Assembly: GCA_039028935.1 (NCBI GenBank)
Contig: JBCCHD010000004.1
Coordinates: forward strand, 49,043 to 113,042
Length of the DNA stretch: 64,000 bases
Direction: 5' to 3'
DNA from: Pseudomonadota bacterium
GTDB taxonomy: Bacteria; Pseudomonadota; Gammaproteobacteria; Steroidobacterales; SZUA-146
Position numbers and translations under genes: made by a program. Numbering within the stretch: the first letter of the stretch is position 1; every line of letters begins with the position of its first letter. Positions 9,251-19,172 of the stretch are shown one piece after another. The notes below the pieces were generated by a model that saw only the letters and a list, made by a program, of their open reading frames with translations, was not told the origin of the DNA and did no database searches.

Positions 9251-9724
9251 GTGTCGCTGTCCCATATCGACAACAACAACCGCCCCACAATGGTCGATGT
9301 GACCGATAAAGACGCGACCCGGAGGAGCGCGGCCGCCGAAAGTCGTGTGCGCTTTCCGGCCGACGTATTCGCGTCCCTTATGTCACACGATCTCAACGCG
9401 AAAAAAGGACCGATCATCGACACCGCAATCATCGCAGGCGTGATGGCGGCCAAACGCACGCATGAGCTCATTCCATTTTGTCACCCATTGCCGCTGGATG
9501 GCGTGAGCATCCACATCGTCACGAGCGAAGACACACACGAATTGGTCGTCACCGCCCGATGCAAGGTCACCCACAAAACCGGTGTTGAAATGGAAGCACT
9601 GACCGCTGCGTCGGTGGCGGCATTGACGATCTACGACATGTGCAAGGCCCTGTCGCACGACATCGAAATACGCGCCACGCGACTCGTCGAGAAACGTGGC
9701 GGTAAAACGGATGTCGGCGCATGA
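9251..9724 (+). CDS. moaC: Cyclic pyranopterin monophosphate synthase MoaC
   Basis: 157 aa; [15 protein letters not shown] and [10 protein letters not shown] are typical of MoaC. GTG start. Divergent from moaA. Confidence 0.9.
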   Translation: MSLSHIDNNNRPTMVDVTDKDATRRSAAAESRVRFPADVFASLMSHDLNAKKGPIIDTAIIAGVMAAKRTHELIPFCHPLPLDGVSIHIVTSEDTHELVVTARCKVTHKTGVEMEALTAASVAALTIYDMCKALSHDIEIRATRLVEKRGGKTDVGA

Positions 9725-9963
9725 TCACACTTCAGATCGAGTACTTCGCCACACTGCGCGAACAGGCAGGTCAATCCCGCCAAACACTCGATACTGAATT
9801 GCGCGATGCAAGGGCCGTTTATGCGTTGCTCGCCAACGAACACCAATTTTCGCTCGGCGTTGACGATTTAAAACTGGCCGTTAACGACAGGTTTGCCGAC
9901 TGGTCACACACACTCAATGACGGCGATCGACTGGTATTCATTCCACCTGTATCCGGGGGCTGA
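9721..9963 (+). CDS. moaD: Molybdopterin synthase sulfur-carrier subunit MoaD
   Basis: 80 aa, ubiquitin-like, ending in the diagnostic C-terminal GG (IPPVSGG). The start overlaps the moaC stop (ATGA). Confidence 0.85.
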   Translation: MITLQIEYFATLREQAGQSRQTLDTELRDARAVYALLANEHQFSLGVDDLKLAVNDRFADWSHTLNDGDRLVFIPPVSGG

Positions 9964-9964
9964 T

Positions 9965-10390
9965 ATGTTCGAATTGACCGACACCGATATCGATATCGAG
10001 GCGCTCAGGCATGCGCACGCGCACGACGCTTCAGGCGGTTTCGTGTGTTTTGAAGGATGGGTGCGCAATCATAATGATGGGCGTGAAGTACGCGGCTTAC
10101 AGTATGAAGCGTATGCCCCACTCGCCCTGAGTGAGGGCAACGCGATTGTGAGCGAAGCGCTCGACAAATTCAATATTCGCACTGCTCGCTGTCAACACCG
10201 TGTTGGCGAACTGGCCATCGGTGGCGTTGCGGTGTGGGTGGGTACAGGCAGCGATCATCGTGATGCGGCGTTTCGCGCCTGCCGGTACATTATCGATGAA
10301 ATCAAAGCGCGCGTGCCGATCTGGAAAAAAGAGCTTTATGTGAGCGGCGATACGCAATGGATCGATTGTCGCGATGAGGAAACGCCTTAA
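9965..10390 (+). CDS. moaE: Molybdopterin synthase catalytic subunit MoaE
   Basis: MoaE-like sequence (GGFVCFEGWVRNHN, YEAY, IWKKE). I chose the ATG at 9965, immediately after the moaD stop, rather than the longer overlapping ORF. Confidence 0.85.
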   Translation: MFELTDTDIDIEALRHAHAHDASGGFVCFEGWVRNHNDGREVRGLQYEAYAPLALSEGNAIVSEALDKFNIRTARCQHRVGELAIGGVAVWVGTGSDHRDAAFRACRYIIDEIKARVPIWKKELYVSGDTQWIDCRDEETP

Positions 10391-10476
10391 CGATGCCGAC
10401 CAGAACAGTCTTGACCGTGCCACTTTACGCACACCCCTAAACGCCCATTGAGAGGACACTAGACAAGGAAACCGCG

Positions 10477-10800
10477 ATGAGTGAGTTTGTTGACTTTCTG
10501 CAGGAGCAATTCGAGCTGTTCGGTCGCATCAACAGTAAAAGAATGTTTGGCGGACATGGTTTGTTTTACGACGGCCTGATGATTGGTCTGGTGGCCGACG
10601 ATACGCTATACCTAAAAGTGGACAAGCAATCGAAGGCGCAATTTGAGCAGTCTGGGCTGGCACCTTTTCGCTATAACAAGAACGGCAAGTGGATGACGAT
10701 GAGCTACCATCAAGCACCACCGGAAGCACTGGACGATCCGGAGGTCATGCGAGAGTGGGCGAATCTCGCTTTCGAAGCCGCACGTCGCAGTAAGAAGTAG
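10477..10800 (+). CDS. TfoX/Sxy N-terminal-domain protein
   Basis: 107 aa. The pattern KRMFGGHGLFYDGLMIGLVADDTLYLKVD is typical of TfoX N-terminal domain proteins. Confidence 0.6.
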   Translation: MSEFVDFLQEQFELFGRINSKRMFGGHGLFYDGLMIGLVADDTLYLKVDKQSKAQFEQSGLAPFRYNKNGKWMTMSYHQAPPEALDDPEVMREWANLAFEAARRSKK

Positions 10801-10918
10801 CGACCGTTTCCGCGCCCGCGACGTCAGTGTTCACGGGCACAGTGTCTGCGTGTGCGTGTTCTCTATCCAGCTAGCCCACCATGGGCAGAGTGACGCCTGC
10901 TCATAACGCGTCGTTGGG

Positions 10919-12193
10919 TTAAATGACCGGCCCCATCCGACCTAAGGGCGCGTCGATCGAATCAGGCGGCTCAGTAAACCACTTGGCACCGTCTTCGGTC
11001 ATATATAGACAGTCCTCGATGCGCACGCCGAAACGCGAAAAATCGTACAGCCCTGGTTCATTTGAAAAGCACATTCCCGGCGCCAACGGAGTGGTTTCGC
11101 CATGGACAAAATTGACCGGCTCGTGTCCGTCCATGCCAATACCGTGACCGGTTCGATGGCTCAATCCGGGCGTCGCGTAACCCGGGCCATACCCCAACGA
11201 CGCATACCAAGCACGTACCGTGTCATCGACTTTGCCAGCCGGCACGCCGAGGCGGGCGGCGACCATGGCGCGCTCTTGTCCTTCTCGCACGTGGTTCCAC
11301 ATGGTGCGCTGCTCGCTATTGGCGGCACCGAGCACAAAGGTGCGAGAAATATCCGACTTGTAGCCGTGCACTCCGCACCCGGCGTCCATCAACACGATAT
11401 CCCCCCGCCTTAGCGGCGCTTGTTTTTTCGTGCCGTGAGGATAGGCGCTCGCCGGGCCGATCAACGCAATCGACCAAGCGCTCTTACCGCCGCGTGCTGC
11501 CTGGGCGGCGTTCATGCGCTGTTTGATGTCATCGCCGGTCATGCCCTCGCTGATCGTCGCCATGACCTCTTCATACGCCGACAGCGTCACCTGATTCGCG
11601 GCGCGCATAAGACGCAGTTCGTTGTCTGATTTGTACATTCGGCAGCCAAGGGTGACGGGCGTTGCCGCGACGAGATCAAGCTCCGGCGCCGATCGACGCA
11701 AACCGTCGGGCACAAAATACCGTACGGTGTCCTCGAGCCCGAGGCGTCGTGAGCCGGCTAAGCCGCGATCACTGAGAATGCCGTTAACAAGGGCAAACGG
11801 ATCGTCGTGTTCCTGCCAGGTGCGCACATCGTCGCCAAACGTCATCAATTCGCGAATCGAGGGCTCTTCAAAATGCGGCGCCACGACCGCGATATCGCCT
11901 TGTGCAGGGATGATCACCGCCACGAGCCGCTCACTTCGCCACCAGTCTATGCCCGAAAAATAAGCCATGGCCGAACCGGGTTCGAGCAAGATCGCATCGA
12001 TTTGATGGGTATGCATGAGCGCTTGGGCACGCGCTACGCGTTGTTGTCGTTCGCGTACGTCAATCGGTGGCGGAAACGCGTCGACGCCGATGACGCCGTT
12101 GCGAAACGATACCGCCGTGGTCGCACACCCCGCTAACGGTGTGGCTAATGCCGCCGCCGCGGTTTTAAGAAAAAGACGTTTGCTAGAGTCCAT
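10919..12193 (-). CDS. M24 family metallopeptidase (Xaa-Pro aminopeptidase/creatinase-like), probable lipoprotein
   Basis: Pita-bread fold metal ligand regions (DAGCGVHGYKSDISRT, HRTGHGIGMDGHE, SNEPG, IED). N-terminal export signal with lipobox (KRLFLKTAAAALATPLAGC). I chose the ATG at 12193. Confidence 0.8.
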   Translation of the reverse strand: MDSSKRLFLKTAAAALATPLAGCATTAVSFRNGVIGVDAFPPPIDVRERQQRVARAQALMHTHQIDAILLEPGSAMAYFSGIDWWRSERLVAVIIPAQGDIAVVAPHFEEPSIRELMTFGDDVRTWQEHDDPFALVNGILSDRGLAGSRRLGLEDTVRYFVPDGLRRSAPELDLVAATPVTLGCRMYKSDNELRLMRAANQVTLSAYEEVMATISEGMTGDDIKQRMNAAQAARGGKSAWSIALIGPASAYPHGTKKQAPLRRGDIVLMDAGCGVHGYKSDISRTFVLGAANSEQRTMWNHVREGQERAMVAARLGVPAGKVDDTVRAWYASLGYGPGYATPGLSHRTGHGIGMDGHEPVNFVHGETTPLAPGMCFSNEPGLYDFSRFGVRIEDCLYMTEDGAKWFTEPPDSIDAPLGRMGPVI

Positions 12194-12249
12194 GTTGCCG
12201 CTCCCATTAATCCATGCCATTCGCTCGTACATGGTATTCTCTTCGTTCT

Positions 12250-14106
12250 ATGGATGCACTGCCCACGCTCACTACCGAAATCTTGCTTGTTATGGGACTC
12301 GTGGTCTTTGCCGTCATCCTGTTCAGCAAGGAGTTGCTGCGTGTCGACGTGACAGCCGTGCTTGTCATGACATTACTCGGGCTCATTGTCTATGTCCCCG
12401 GGTTCGACGGACTGCTCGACAAAGATGTGCTGTTTTCAGGCTTGTCCAGTAACGCCGTGGTGTCGATCATCGCGGTAATGATACTGGGCGGTGGCCTCGA
12501 CAAAACAGGGGTTATGGAGCGCGTAGCCTGGGCGATTATGCGCTTCGGCAGTCAAACCGAATCGCGAATTGTGACGCTCGTATCCGGCACCGTCGCGATG
12601 ATTTCGGCGTTTATGCAAAACATTGGTGCAACTGCGCTGTTTTTGCCCGTCGTCGCGCGCATATCGTCCCGCACCGGACTCCCCATGTCGCGCCTTGTGA
12701 TGCCCATGGGGTTTTGTGCCATTTTGGGCGGCACGATTACGATGATTGCCTCAAGCCCGCTGATCATGCTCAATGACCTGCTCGACAACGCCAACAACAC
12801 GTTGCCCGCCTCGAAACAAATGGAGCACTTCGGCCTGTTCGCCGTGGCACCGGTGGGCTTATCTTTAGTGGCCGCCGGTCTTCTCTATTTTGTGTTTTTC
12901 GGACGTTACGTTTTGCCGCGCGGCGAACGCAAAGTGGGCGCACGTGGGGCCGGCACCATTCGCTATCTGCGACGTCTGCATGGTGTCGACGCCGCGGTGC
13001 GCGAAGTCGAAGTGCCTATCGACAGTCCGCTGGTCGGGCATGACATCAAAAGCGCTCAGCGCGAGTTTGAAGTGCGCATTGTCGCCTCGCGCTATGCCGG
13101 CAAAGTACTCGTCGCGCCACCGGTCGAAGCGCCCATTGCAGCGCCAGCGACTCTGGCTGTCATTGCTCAGGCGGATGAACTGAAACATTTCATCACGGCC
13201 AATGGCCTGCGAATCCGTCCAAAACTCGTCGAGTTTCGGCATCTGCTCGCGCGATCGATCGCCGGCGTCGCCGAAATCATCATACCGCCAGACTCCACGC
13301 TCATCGGGCGGAGCGTGCGCGACATCCGCCTTCGTATGTCCTATGGTCTGAGCATGCTGTCGATCTATCGCAGCGACCACAGCATCACACACAAACTGCA
13401 GGACATTCCCTTGCAGGCGGGCGACACGCTGCTGTGCCACACGCGGTGGGACAACCTGGCGCGACTCGAAGCCGATCGCGACTTGGTCATCGTCACCACC
13501 GACTACCCGCGCGAGGAACGCTTGCCGTATAAACTGTGGTTGGCCCTAGGCTTTTTTGCCTTAGCACTGGGCCTGGTGCTCTTTACCAACGTCATGCTCC
13601 CGGTCGCGCTGCTCACCGGTGCAGTGGGCATGATCGTCACCGGCGTGCTCACCATGGACGAGGCCTATACCGCGGTGAGTTGGAAAACGGTCTTCCTCTT
13701 AGCAGGTTTGCTGCCGCTAGGCCATGCGGTCGAGTCGTCGGGCGCCGCCAACTACATCGCGCTCCATGCGTTGGCGCTGTTTGACGGCGTGCCGGCCTGG
13801 GTTCTGCAACTCATGCTGGCCGTCATTGCGGCGGCGTTCACGCTGGTCATGTCCAACATCGGCGCCACGGTCATTCTGGTGCCGATTGCCATCAATATCG
13901 CCCTGGCCACCGGCGCCGACCCAGCCATGTTCGCTTTGACCGTAGCGATCTCAACGTCCAACTCATTTTTGATTCCGACTCATCAAGTCAACGCATTGGT
14001 GATGGGGCCTGGCGATTATCGTGTCAGCGATTTTATCCGCGCGGGCAGCGTGATGACCGTTGTGTTTATTGTGGTCTCGCTCGTCGTGCTCAATCTCATT
14101 TTCTAA
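12250..14106 (+). CDS. SLC13/DASS-type permease with two internal TrkA-C (RCK-C) domains
   Basis: About 618 aa with hydrophobic N- and C-terminal halves. A central soluble segment of about 200 aa has two repeated RCK-C-like units (VEVPIDSPLVGHDI..., EIIIPPDSTLIGRSVRDI...). I chose the ATG at 12250. Confidence 0.75.
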   Translation: MDALPTLTTEILLVMGLVVFAVILFSKELLRVDVTAVLVMTLLGLIVYVPGFDGLLDKDVLFSGLSSNAVVSIIAVMILGGGLDKTGVMERVAWAIMRFGSQTESRIVTLVSGTVAMISAFMQNIGATALFLPVVARISSRTGLPMSRLVMPMGFCAILGGTITMIASSPLIMLNDLLDNANNTLPASKQMEHFGLFAVAPVGLSLVAAGLLYFVFFGRYVLPRGERKVGARGAGTIRYLRRLHGVDAAVREVEVPIDSPLVGHDIKSAQREFEVRIVASRYAGKVLVAPPVEAPIAAPATLAVIAQADELKHFITANGLRIRPKLVEFRHLLARSIAGVAEIIIPPDSTLIGRSVRDIRLRMSYGLSMLSIYRSDHSITHKLQDIPLQAGDTLLCHTRWDNLARLEADRDLVIVTTDYPREERLPYKLWLALGFFALALGLVLFTNVMLPVALLTGAVGMIVTGVLTMDEAYTAVSWKTVFLLAGLLPLGHAVESSGAANYIALHALALFDGVPAWVLQLMLAVIAAAFTLVMSNIGATVILVPIAINIALATGADPAMFALTVAISTSNSFLIPTHQVNALVMGPGDYRVSDFIRAGSVMTVVFIVVSLVVLNLIF

Positions 14107-14350
14107 GCCACTTTAATGAAGGACTCCACACCCTGCGAACTCACGTTGCCGCGCGTCAGGCCCGAATTGACTCGAGACCAATCGCTCAGCCCCATTACCG
14201 CCGTGTGCGCGCCCGGTAGCGATGCCGTAATTCGGTGACTTTTTCTCGTCACGCTTTCTCCCGCCGTCGCCAGCCAGTACACTTTCTACCCAGCGAGCAT
14301 TGAAGACGCCGACAGCACATCCTCGGGCGTCAAGGGAAGGAGCGCAGAAC

Positions 14351-15370
14351 GTGGCAAAAAGTAATATTCACGACGTTGCCAAACGGGCGGGTGTCTCGAT
14401 TAAGACCGTATCCCGCGTGATCAATAATGAACCCAATGTGCGGGAAAACACGCGCGCCGCGGTGCAGCAGGCTGTCGACGAGCTCAACTATCGACCCAAG
14501 GCCTCCGCGCGTAGCCTAAAAGGCCGTCGCTCATACTTGGTGGGATTGCTCTATGACAACCCGAGCTCGAGCTACGTTGCCAACATTCAGCAGGGTGTTA
14601 TCGATGAAACGCGGCGTCGTGGCTACGACCTGGTTATCCATCCTTGTAGTTACTTAAACCCCGGACTGTGTGACGAAGTAGAAGAACTCGTACGTCACGC
14701 GGATGCGGACGGCCTTATTCTTACGCCGCCGTTGTCCGACGACATTACGCTCATGAACAAGCTCGACGAACTCAACACGGCGTATGTGCGTATTGCCGCC
14801 GTCACACCCAAACAAGGAACTCTGCGAGTCACCACCAACGATCGCGACGCGGTGGCCGATCTCACCCGGTATCTGGCGTCACTGGGTCATCAACGAATTG
14901 CGTTCATAATCGGCCACCCCGATCACAAGGCGGTCGCCAATCGCTATCTCGGTTATCAAGACGGCCTCACGTCATGTGGTATCGAGCTCGATGAATCGTT
15001 GATCATTCAAGGCAATAACAGTTTTGAGTCCGGCGAAGAGTGTGCGCGCAAACTGCTATTAAAAACTCAACGGCCAACGGCCATCATCGCCAGCAACGAC
15101 GATATGGCGACCGGCGTTTTACGCGTCTCTCACGAAATGAAGCTCAATCTTCCCGATGAACTCTCTGTCGCCGGTTTTGACGATATTCCCATGGCGAGTC
15201 AGGTGTGGCCGTCGCTTACAACGGTTAAACAACCGGTCAAACGCATGGGCGAGCGCGCGACAGCGCTGTTGCTTGATCAGCTTCACGGTCGCGCTACGGA
15301 TGTGCAGTCTGAGTCGATCGACTCGTATCTTGTGCTCAGAGAATCAACCGGTAGTGTCGGACCACGCTAA
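14351..15370 (+). CDS. LacI family transcriptional regulator
   Basis: N-terminal HTH NIHDVAKRAGVSIKTVSRVINNEPNVRENTR followed by a periplasmic-binding-protein-like sugar-binding fold. The GTG at 14351 is preceded by AAGGGAAGGAG. The ORF track starts 17 codons earlier. Confidence 0.85.
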   Translation: MAKSNIHDVAKRAGVSIKTVSRVINNEPNVRENTRAAVQQAVDELNYRPKASARSLKGRRSYLVGLLYDNPSSSYVANIQQGVIDETRRRGYDLVIHPCSYLNPGLCDEVEELVRHADADGLILTPPLSDDITLMNKLDELNTAYVRIAAVTPKQGTLRVTTNDRDAVADLTRYLASLGHQRIAFIIGHPDHKAVANRYLGYQDGLTSCGIELDESLIIQGNNSFESGEECARKLLLKTQRPTAIIASNDDMATGVLRVSHEMKLNLPDELSVAGFDDIPMASQVWPSLTTVKQPVKRMGERATALLLDQLHGRATDVQSESIDSYLVLRESTGSVGPR

Positions 15371-15394
15371 CCGCGCCACCTCGAACATCACCGT

Positions 15395-16411
15395 CTACTC
15401 AATGCGGCAGAAAGCCGCGCCGTACAGACCCGGGTCTTTAACGAGCACGAGTGAGACCGGTGTTTGTGCAACAAGGTCCGACATCGCGCCTGCGTTGAGA
15501 AATCGATTGACGAATCGTTCTTGCGAAAATAAGGGCTCAATCGAGCGCAGGATGTTGCCGCTGAGATAAAGACCACCACGAGCACAAAACGTGATGGCAA
15601 GGTTGGTACAGTAAGCCGCCAAAATGTGAAGATAGAGCTCGATGGTTTCTTCGCAATCGGCTTGGGCGCCCTCGCGAGCCTGTGACGTAATGGCTTCGGC
15701 GGTCATCGGCGAATACGGACGGCCATTCATTTGTGACAGCGCCTGATGGATCAGCGGGATTCCTGGCCCCGCGAGCAACATTTCCATCGACACGAAATCA
15801 TGGCGACGACTCAATACCTTGAGTAATTCACGCTCGCGGCGACTCGCCGGCGCAAAGCGCGCATGGCCACCTTCACTGTCGATGATATGCGGCTCGCCCT
15901 CCACTTCCGTCATCGCCGCCACACCCAATCCAGTACCCGCGCCAACCACCACCTTGCGGACGCCTGTTCGCACACCCTCATGCAAAACGCGTGTTTCATC
16001 CGCTGACAGCTGCGTAATGGCATGCGCAACGGCTGTGAAGTCGTTAACAATTTCGAGCTTTTTGAGGTTGAGCGTTTTTTGCAGCTCTTGCGCCGACAGC
16101 GTCCAGTTCAGATTGGTGAACTGCACGGTGCCATCGTCGACCGGTCCCGCCGCCGCAATACAAGCGCGATCGGGGAGATTGCGGCCCAGATAATTGCGAT
16201 AGGCGATAACCGTTTCAGCCGGACCGTCAAAATCGGCGCATTTGAATACTTTGATGTCGACCAGCGCGCCCCGCCCTGACTCTGGTGATTCGGCCACCAA
16301 AGCAAAACGGGCGTGCGTGCCGCCGATATCGGCAACAAAACGCGAATATTCGGGCGAGTATTCGCTGATCGGGCCTGCATGCAAGGGTGTCTGGGATGTG
16401 CGTTCGGTCAT
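15395..16411 (-). CDS. glk: Glucokinase
   Basis: Glk motifs: FVADIGGTHARFALV, LNWT, NDFTA, GAGTGLG. I chose the ATG at 16411 (MTERTSQ). Confidence 0.85.
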   Translation of the reverse strand: MTERTSQTPLHAGPISEYSPEYSRFVADIGGTHARFALVAESPESGRGALVDIKVFKCADFDGPAETVIAYRNYLGRNLPDRACIAAAGPVDDGTVQFTNLNWTLSAQELQKTLNLKKLEIVNDFTAVAHAITQLSADETRVLHEGVRTGVRKVVVGAGTGLGVAAMTEVEGEPHIIDSEGGHARFAPASRRERELLKVLSRRHDFVSMEMLLAGPGIPLIHQALSQMNGRPYSPMTAEAITSQAREGAQADCEETIELYLHILAAYCTNLAITFCARGGLYLSGNILRSIEPLFSQERFVNRFLNAGAMSDLVAQTPVSLVLVKDPGLYGAAFCRIE

Positions 16412-16549
16412 TCGATTCAATCCATCGTGCACTCGGTGACGAGCAAGTACACTCTTTGTTATGCCTGGCGCCCTTCTTTCGGAACGCCTCATTGTCACCG
16501 GGCTATCCACACTCTAAAACCCCGGAATACCGTCACGTTATAGCAGATG

Positions 16550-16563
16550 TGACATCGTTGTCA
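16550..16563. promoter_or_regulatory. LacI-family operator-like palindrome, site 1 (TGACATCGTTGTCA)
   Basis: 14-bp near-perfect palindrome with a central CG. It is one of four closely related copies in the window and lies in the glk / PEP-CTERM divergent intergenic region. Confidence 0.65.
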
Positions 16564-16705
16564 ATTTATCCTAGGCGTCGTTAATAATGGTCATAGCCGG
16601 AATAGCTGATACTTAAGTATCTGTTATTAATGAACTATCTAAAAAACCCTGACTATCGTTAAATCGCCCTTCCAGCCTCCCGGCAGCACTCTCAAATGAC
16701 ACTAT

Positions 16706-16719
16706 TGACAACGTTATCA
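16706..16719. promoter_or_regulatory. LacI-family operator-like palindrome, site 2 (TGACAACGTTATCA)
   Basis: It lies 156 bp from site 1. Both sites are followed by the same extension AATTT..CCTAGG. Confidence 0.65.
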
Positions 16720-16868
16720 ATTTTCGCCTAGGGTAACGAGCATGTGAGCAAACATCCTGCGTCTCAGGCTTTTGCCTACAGCAAAAAGAGTAAAACAAAA
16801 CGCAGTACCGAATTTACCGTTTCGATCGCAAAACGCGACGAAAGCACTTAAAAAGAGGGGAGAGACTC

Positions 16869-17603
16869 ATGTTCAACAAGAGCAAGAAACTACTTGCCGC
16901 ACTCATCGTAAGCTTTGCGCTAGCACCGATGAGTCAGGCAGCGCTGTCGAGCTACAGCCAGGACTTTGAGAGCCTGGATGACACCGATGGCGGCGCGTTG
17001 GCTGGCGATGGCTGGCTGGTATTTGCCAACGTCTTCGATGCCGGCGGTGGCTATCTGTACGGCTACGGCCCCAACCCGGCACCCAATGGCGGTCCGGCTT
17101 TCTCGGCTGTTGCGGTCGGCCAAGGCGGTGCTGCACAAGGTAATCAGCAGATGGTGGTCTACAGTGACTACAATAATGGTGATCACGGCAATGGCAACTT
17201 GATTGAAGCCAATGTCTTCCAAGAGCAGATCATTGGTGCCGGCGACGTTGGCTCAACGTGGGAGTTTTCGTTTGACGCCCAGGTGAACGACCTGGCCGCA
17301 CCCACCACATCACTCGCGTTCATCAAGACGCTCGATCCGAACGCGGGCTTTGCGCTGAGCAGCTTCTTGATCATCGACACCACGAATGTCGCAGCTTGGA
17401 ACAGCTACACGATCTCGATTCTGATCAACAGCGGTCTACAAGGCCACATTCTGCAGTTCGGTTTTGCCAGCACGGCAACCAACTTCAACGCATCCGGCGT
17501 GTTCTACGACAACGTGAACTTCAGCCAGGTGCCTGTGCCAGCTGCTGTGTGGCTGTTCGGTTCCGCGCTGCTGGGCTTGTTCGCTACGCGACGCCGCGCC
17601 TAA
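16869..17603 (+). CDS. PEP-CTERM sorting-domain protein with beta-sandwich (carbohydrate-binding-module-like) body
   Basis: Signal peptide (KKLLAALIVSFALAPMSQA). C-terminal PEP-CTERM anchor VPVPAAVWLFGSALLGLFATRRRA. RBS AGAGGGGAGAG lies upstream, and codon usage is biased toward T/C-ending codons. Confidence 0.85.
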   Translation: MFNKSKKLLAALIVSFALAPMSQAALSSYSQDFESLDDTDGGALAGDGWLVFANVFDAGGGYLYGYGPNPAPNGGPAFSAVAVGQGGAAQGNQQMVVYSDYNNGDHGNGNLIEANVFQEQIIGAGDVGSTWEFSFDAQVNDLAAPTTSLAFIKTLDPNAGFALSSFLIIDTTNVAAWNSYTISILINSGLQGHILQFGFASTATNFNASGVFYDNVNFSQVPVPAAVWLFGSALLGLFATRRRA

Positions 17604-17655
17604 GTTTGAAACGTCTATAAGTACCACTTAAGAAGTACTCTGTAAGAAGAAAAGT

Positions 17656-17688
17656 GGCGCTGCCCTCACGGGTAGCGCCGTTTTTTTT
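17656..17688 (+). terminator. Rho-independent terminator after the PEP-CTERM gene
   Basis: GGCGCTGCCC-tcac-GGGTAGCGCC hairpin followed by T8. Confidence 0.8.
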
Positions 17689-17859
17689 GTACATCACACA
17701 GTGTGAACCCAGTCGCGCGGGATCACACCGATCATCGAGCGACTTCAGACGTAAAGGATTGTGGCGCGAACCGCAAAATCATGTCCATTCGGTATATGAT
17801 GCTCTCCACCAACCGGGCGCGCGGTGCGCCCACTCAACGTCATTACCGGGGGGAACGTT

Positions 17860-18678
17860 ATGAACTGGGAAGAGTGGTTACCGAAGATTCAGCAGTATGG
17901 CATCGAGTATGGCGTATTGGCACTCAAAGCACTTGCTATATTTATCGTCGGCCGAATCGCGGCCGGCATTATTCGCAAAGTCGCCGATCGCCTCATGAAG
18001 CGCGGCGGTATGGACGACATGTTGCGCAAGTTTATTCGCAATATTTTGTACGCCATCATCATGACGTTTGTCATTATCGCCGCAATCAGTGCGCTCGGCA
18101 TCCAAACAGCGTCTTTGGTGGCCGTGATCGGTGCCGCTGGCTTGGCTGTTGGCTTAGCGCTCCAGGGTTCATTGGCCAATTTCGCGGCGGGCGTGTTAAT
18201 GATTATCTTCCGGCCGTACAAGCTTGGTGACTTGGTCAACGTGGCCAGCACCGAAGGGTTTGTCGAAGAGGTGGATGTGTTTACCACGGTGTTACGTACG
18301 CCGGACAAAACGAAAATCATCATTCCCAACGGCCAAATCATGTCGGAGCAAATCATCAACTACACTGAGTCCGAACTGCGACGCATGGAATTGGTCGTCG
18401 GTATTGGCTACAGCGATGACATTGAGAAAGCCCGCGAAGCGATCATCGCGGCGATCAAGGACGATCAGTACGTCGTTAAAGACCCAGAGCCCAAGGTGAG
18501 CGTGGCCGAACTTGGCGACAGCTCGGTCAATCTTGCGGTACGTCCGTGGGTGCGCTCGGCCGAATACGCGCCAGCCTCGCATCACCTCAATGAAGTGGTG
18601 AAGAAGGCATTGGATGCGGCGGGCGTGAACATTCCGTTCCCGCAACGTGACGTGCACGTGTTTAATCACAACAGTTAG
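17860..18678 (+). CDS. mscS: Small-conductance mechanosensitive channel (MscS family)
   Basis: Three N-terminal TM helices. The pore helix GAAGLAVGLALQGSLANFAAGVLMIIFRPYKLGD is the conserved MscS TM3 signature. I chose the ATG at 17860. Confidence 0.8.
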   Translation: MNWEEWLPKIQQYGIEYGVLALKALAIFIVGRIAAGIIRKVADRLMKRGGMDDMLRKFIRNILYAIIMTFVIIAAISALGIQTASLVAVIGAAGLAVGLALQGSLANFAAGVLMIIFRPYKLGDLVNVASTEGFVEEVDVFTTVLRTPDKTKIIIPNGQIMSEQIINYTESELRRMELVVGIGYSDDIEKAREAIIAAIKDDQYVVKDPEPKVSVAELGDSSVNLAVRPWVRSAEYAPASHHLNEVVKKALDAAGVNIPFPQRDVHVFNHNS

Positions 18679-18692
18679 CGCGACAACATCCG

Positions 18693-18731
18693 GCCCGTCG
18701 CCTCGACTCGTTCGAGCGACGGGCTTTTTTT
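18693..18731 (+). terminator. Rho-independent terminator after mscS
   Basis: GCCCGTCGC ... GCGACGGGC hairpin followed by T7. Confidence 0.8.
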
Positions 18732-19172
18732 ATGGCCGTCCAGTTTATGAGGGCCTGCGCCCTGTTTACCAAAACATTCTGCTCCCGCAATACGAGAAGC
18801 CGTCGGGTGAGTGCCCGATCATCGACCAGGCTCAATAATTGGATCTCCCAGCCTTCGATACTCAACCAATGTTCGAGCCACGCGGTCGATTCGCTCGCTC
18901 GATAAATTACTCGACACCGTTCACCAACCCGCGCCAACGGGCCTTTCGGCGCGTATCGATAGCGCGTCGACATCGATGGCCAACCCGACCCGAATCGCGC
19001 GCATTTTGACTTGGAATGGCCCCTCGATCGCTCATGGCTGCCCTAGGTCGTTAGAAAATAACCATTTTATTCAGTTAGTTAGAAATATCAGGATATTTTT
19101 GATTTTTGTGTGGTGCAGCATTTTTGGCGTACATGCTCTAGACTCGGACCTCCGCTAACTAGGAGATCCGGC

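Noticed and set aside
18662-18973. 103-aa minus-strand ORF downstream of mscS
   Set aside because: It reads through the mscS terminator hairpin and into the mscS 3' end. Its C-terminal third is Arg/Cys-rich nonsense, and there is no RBS.
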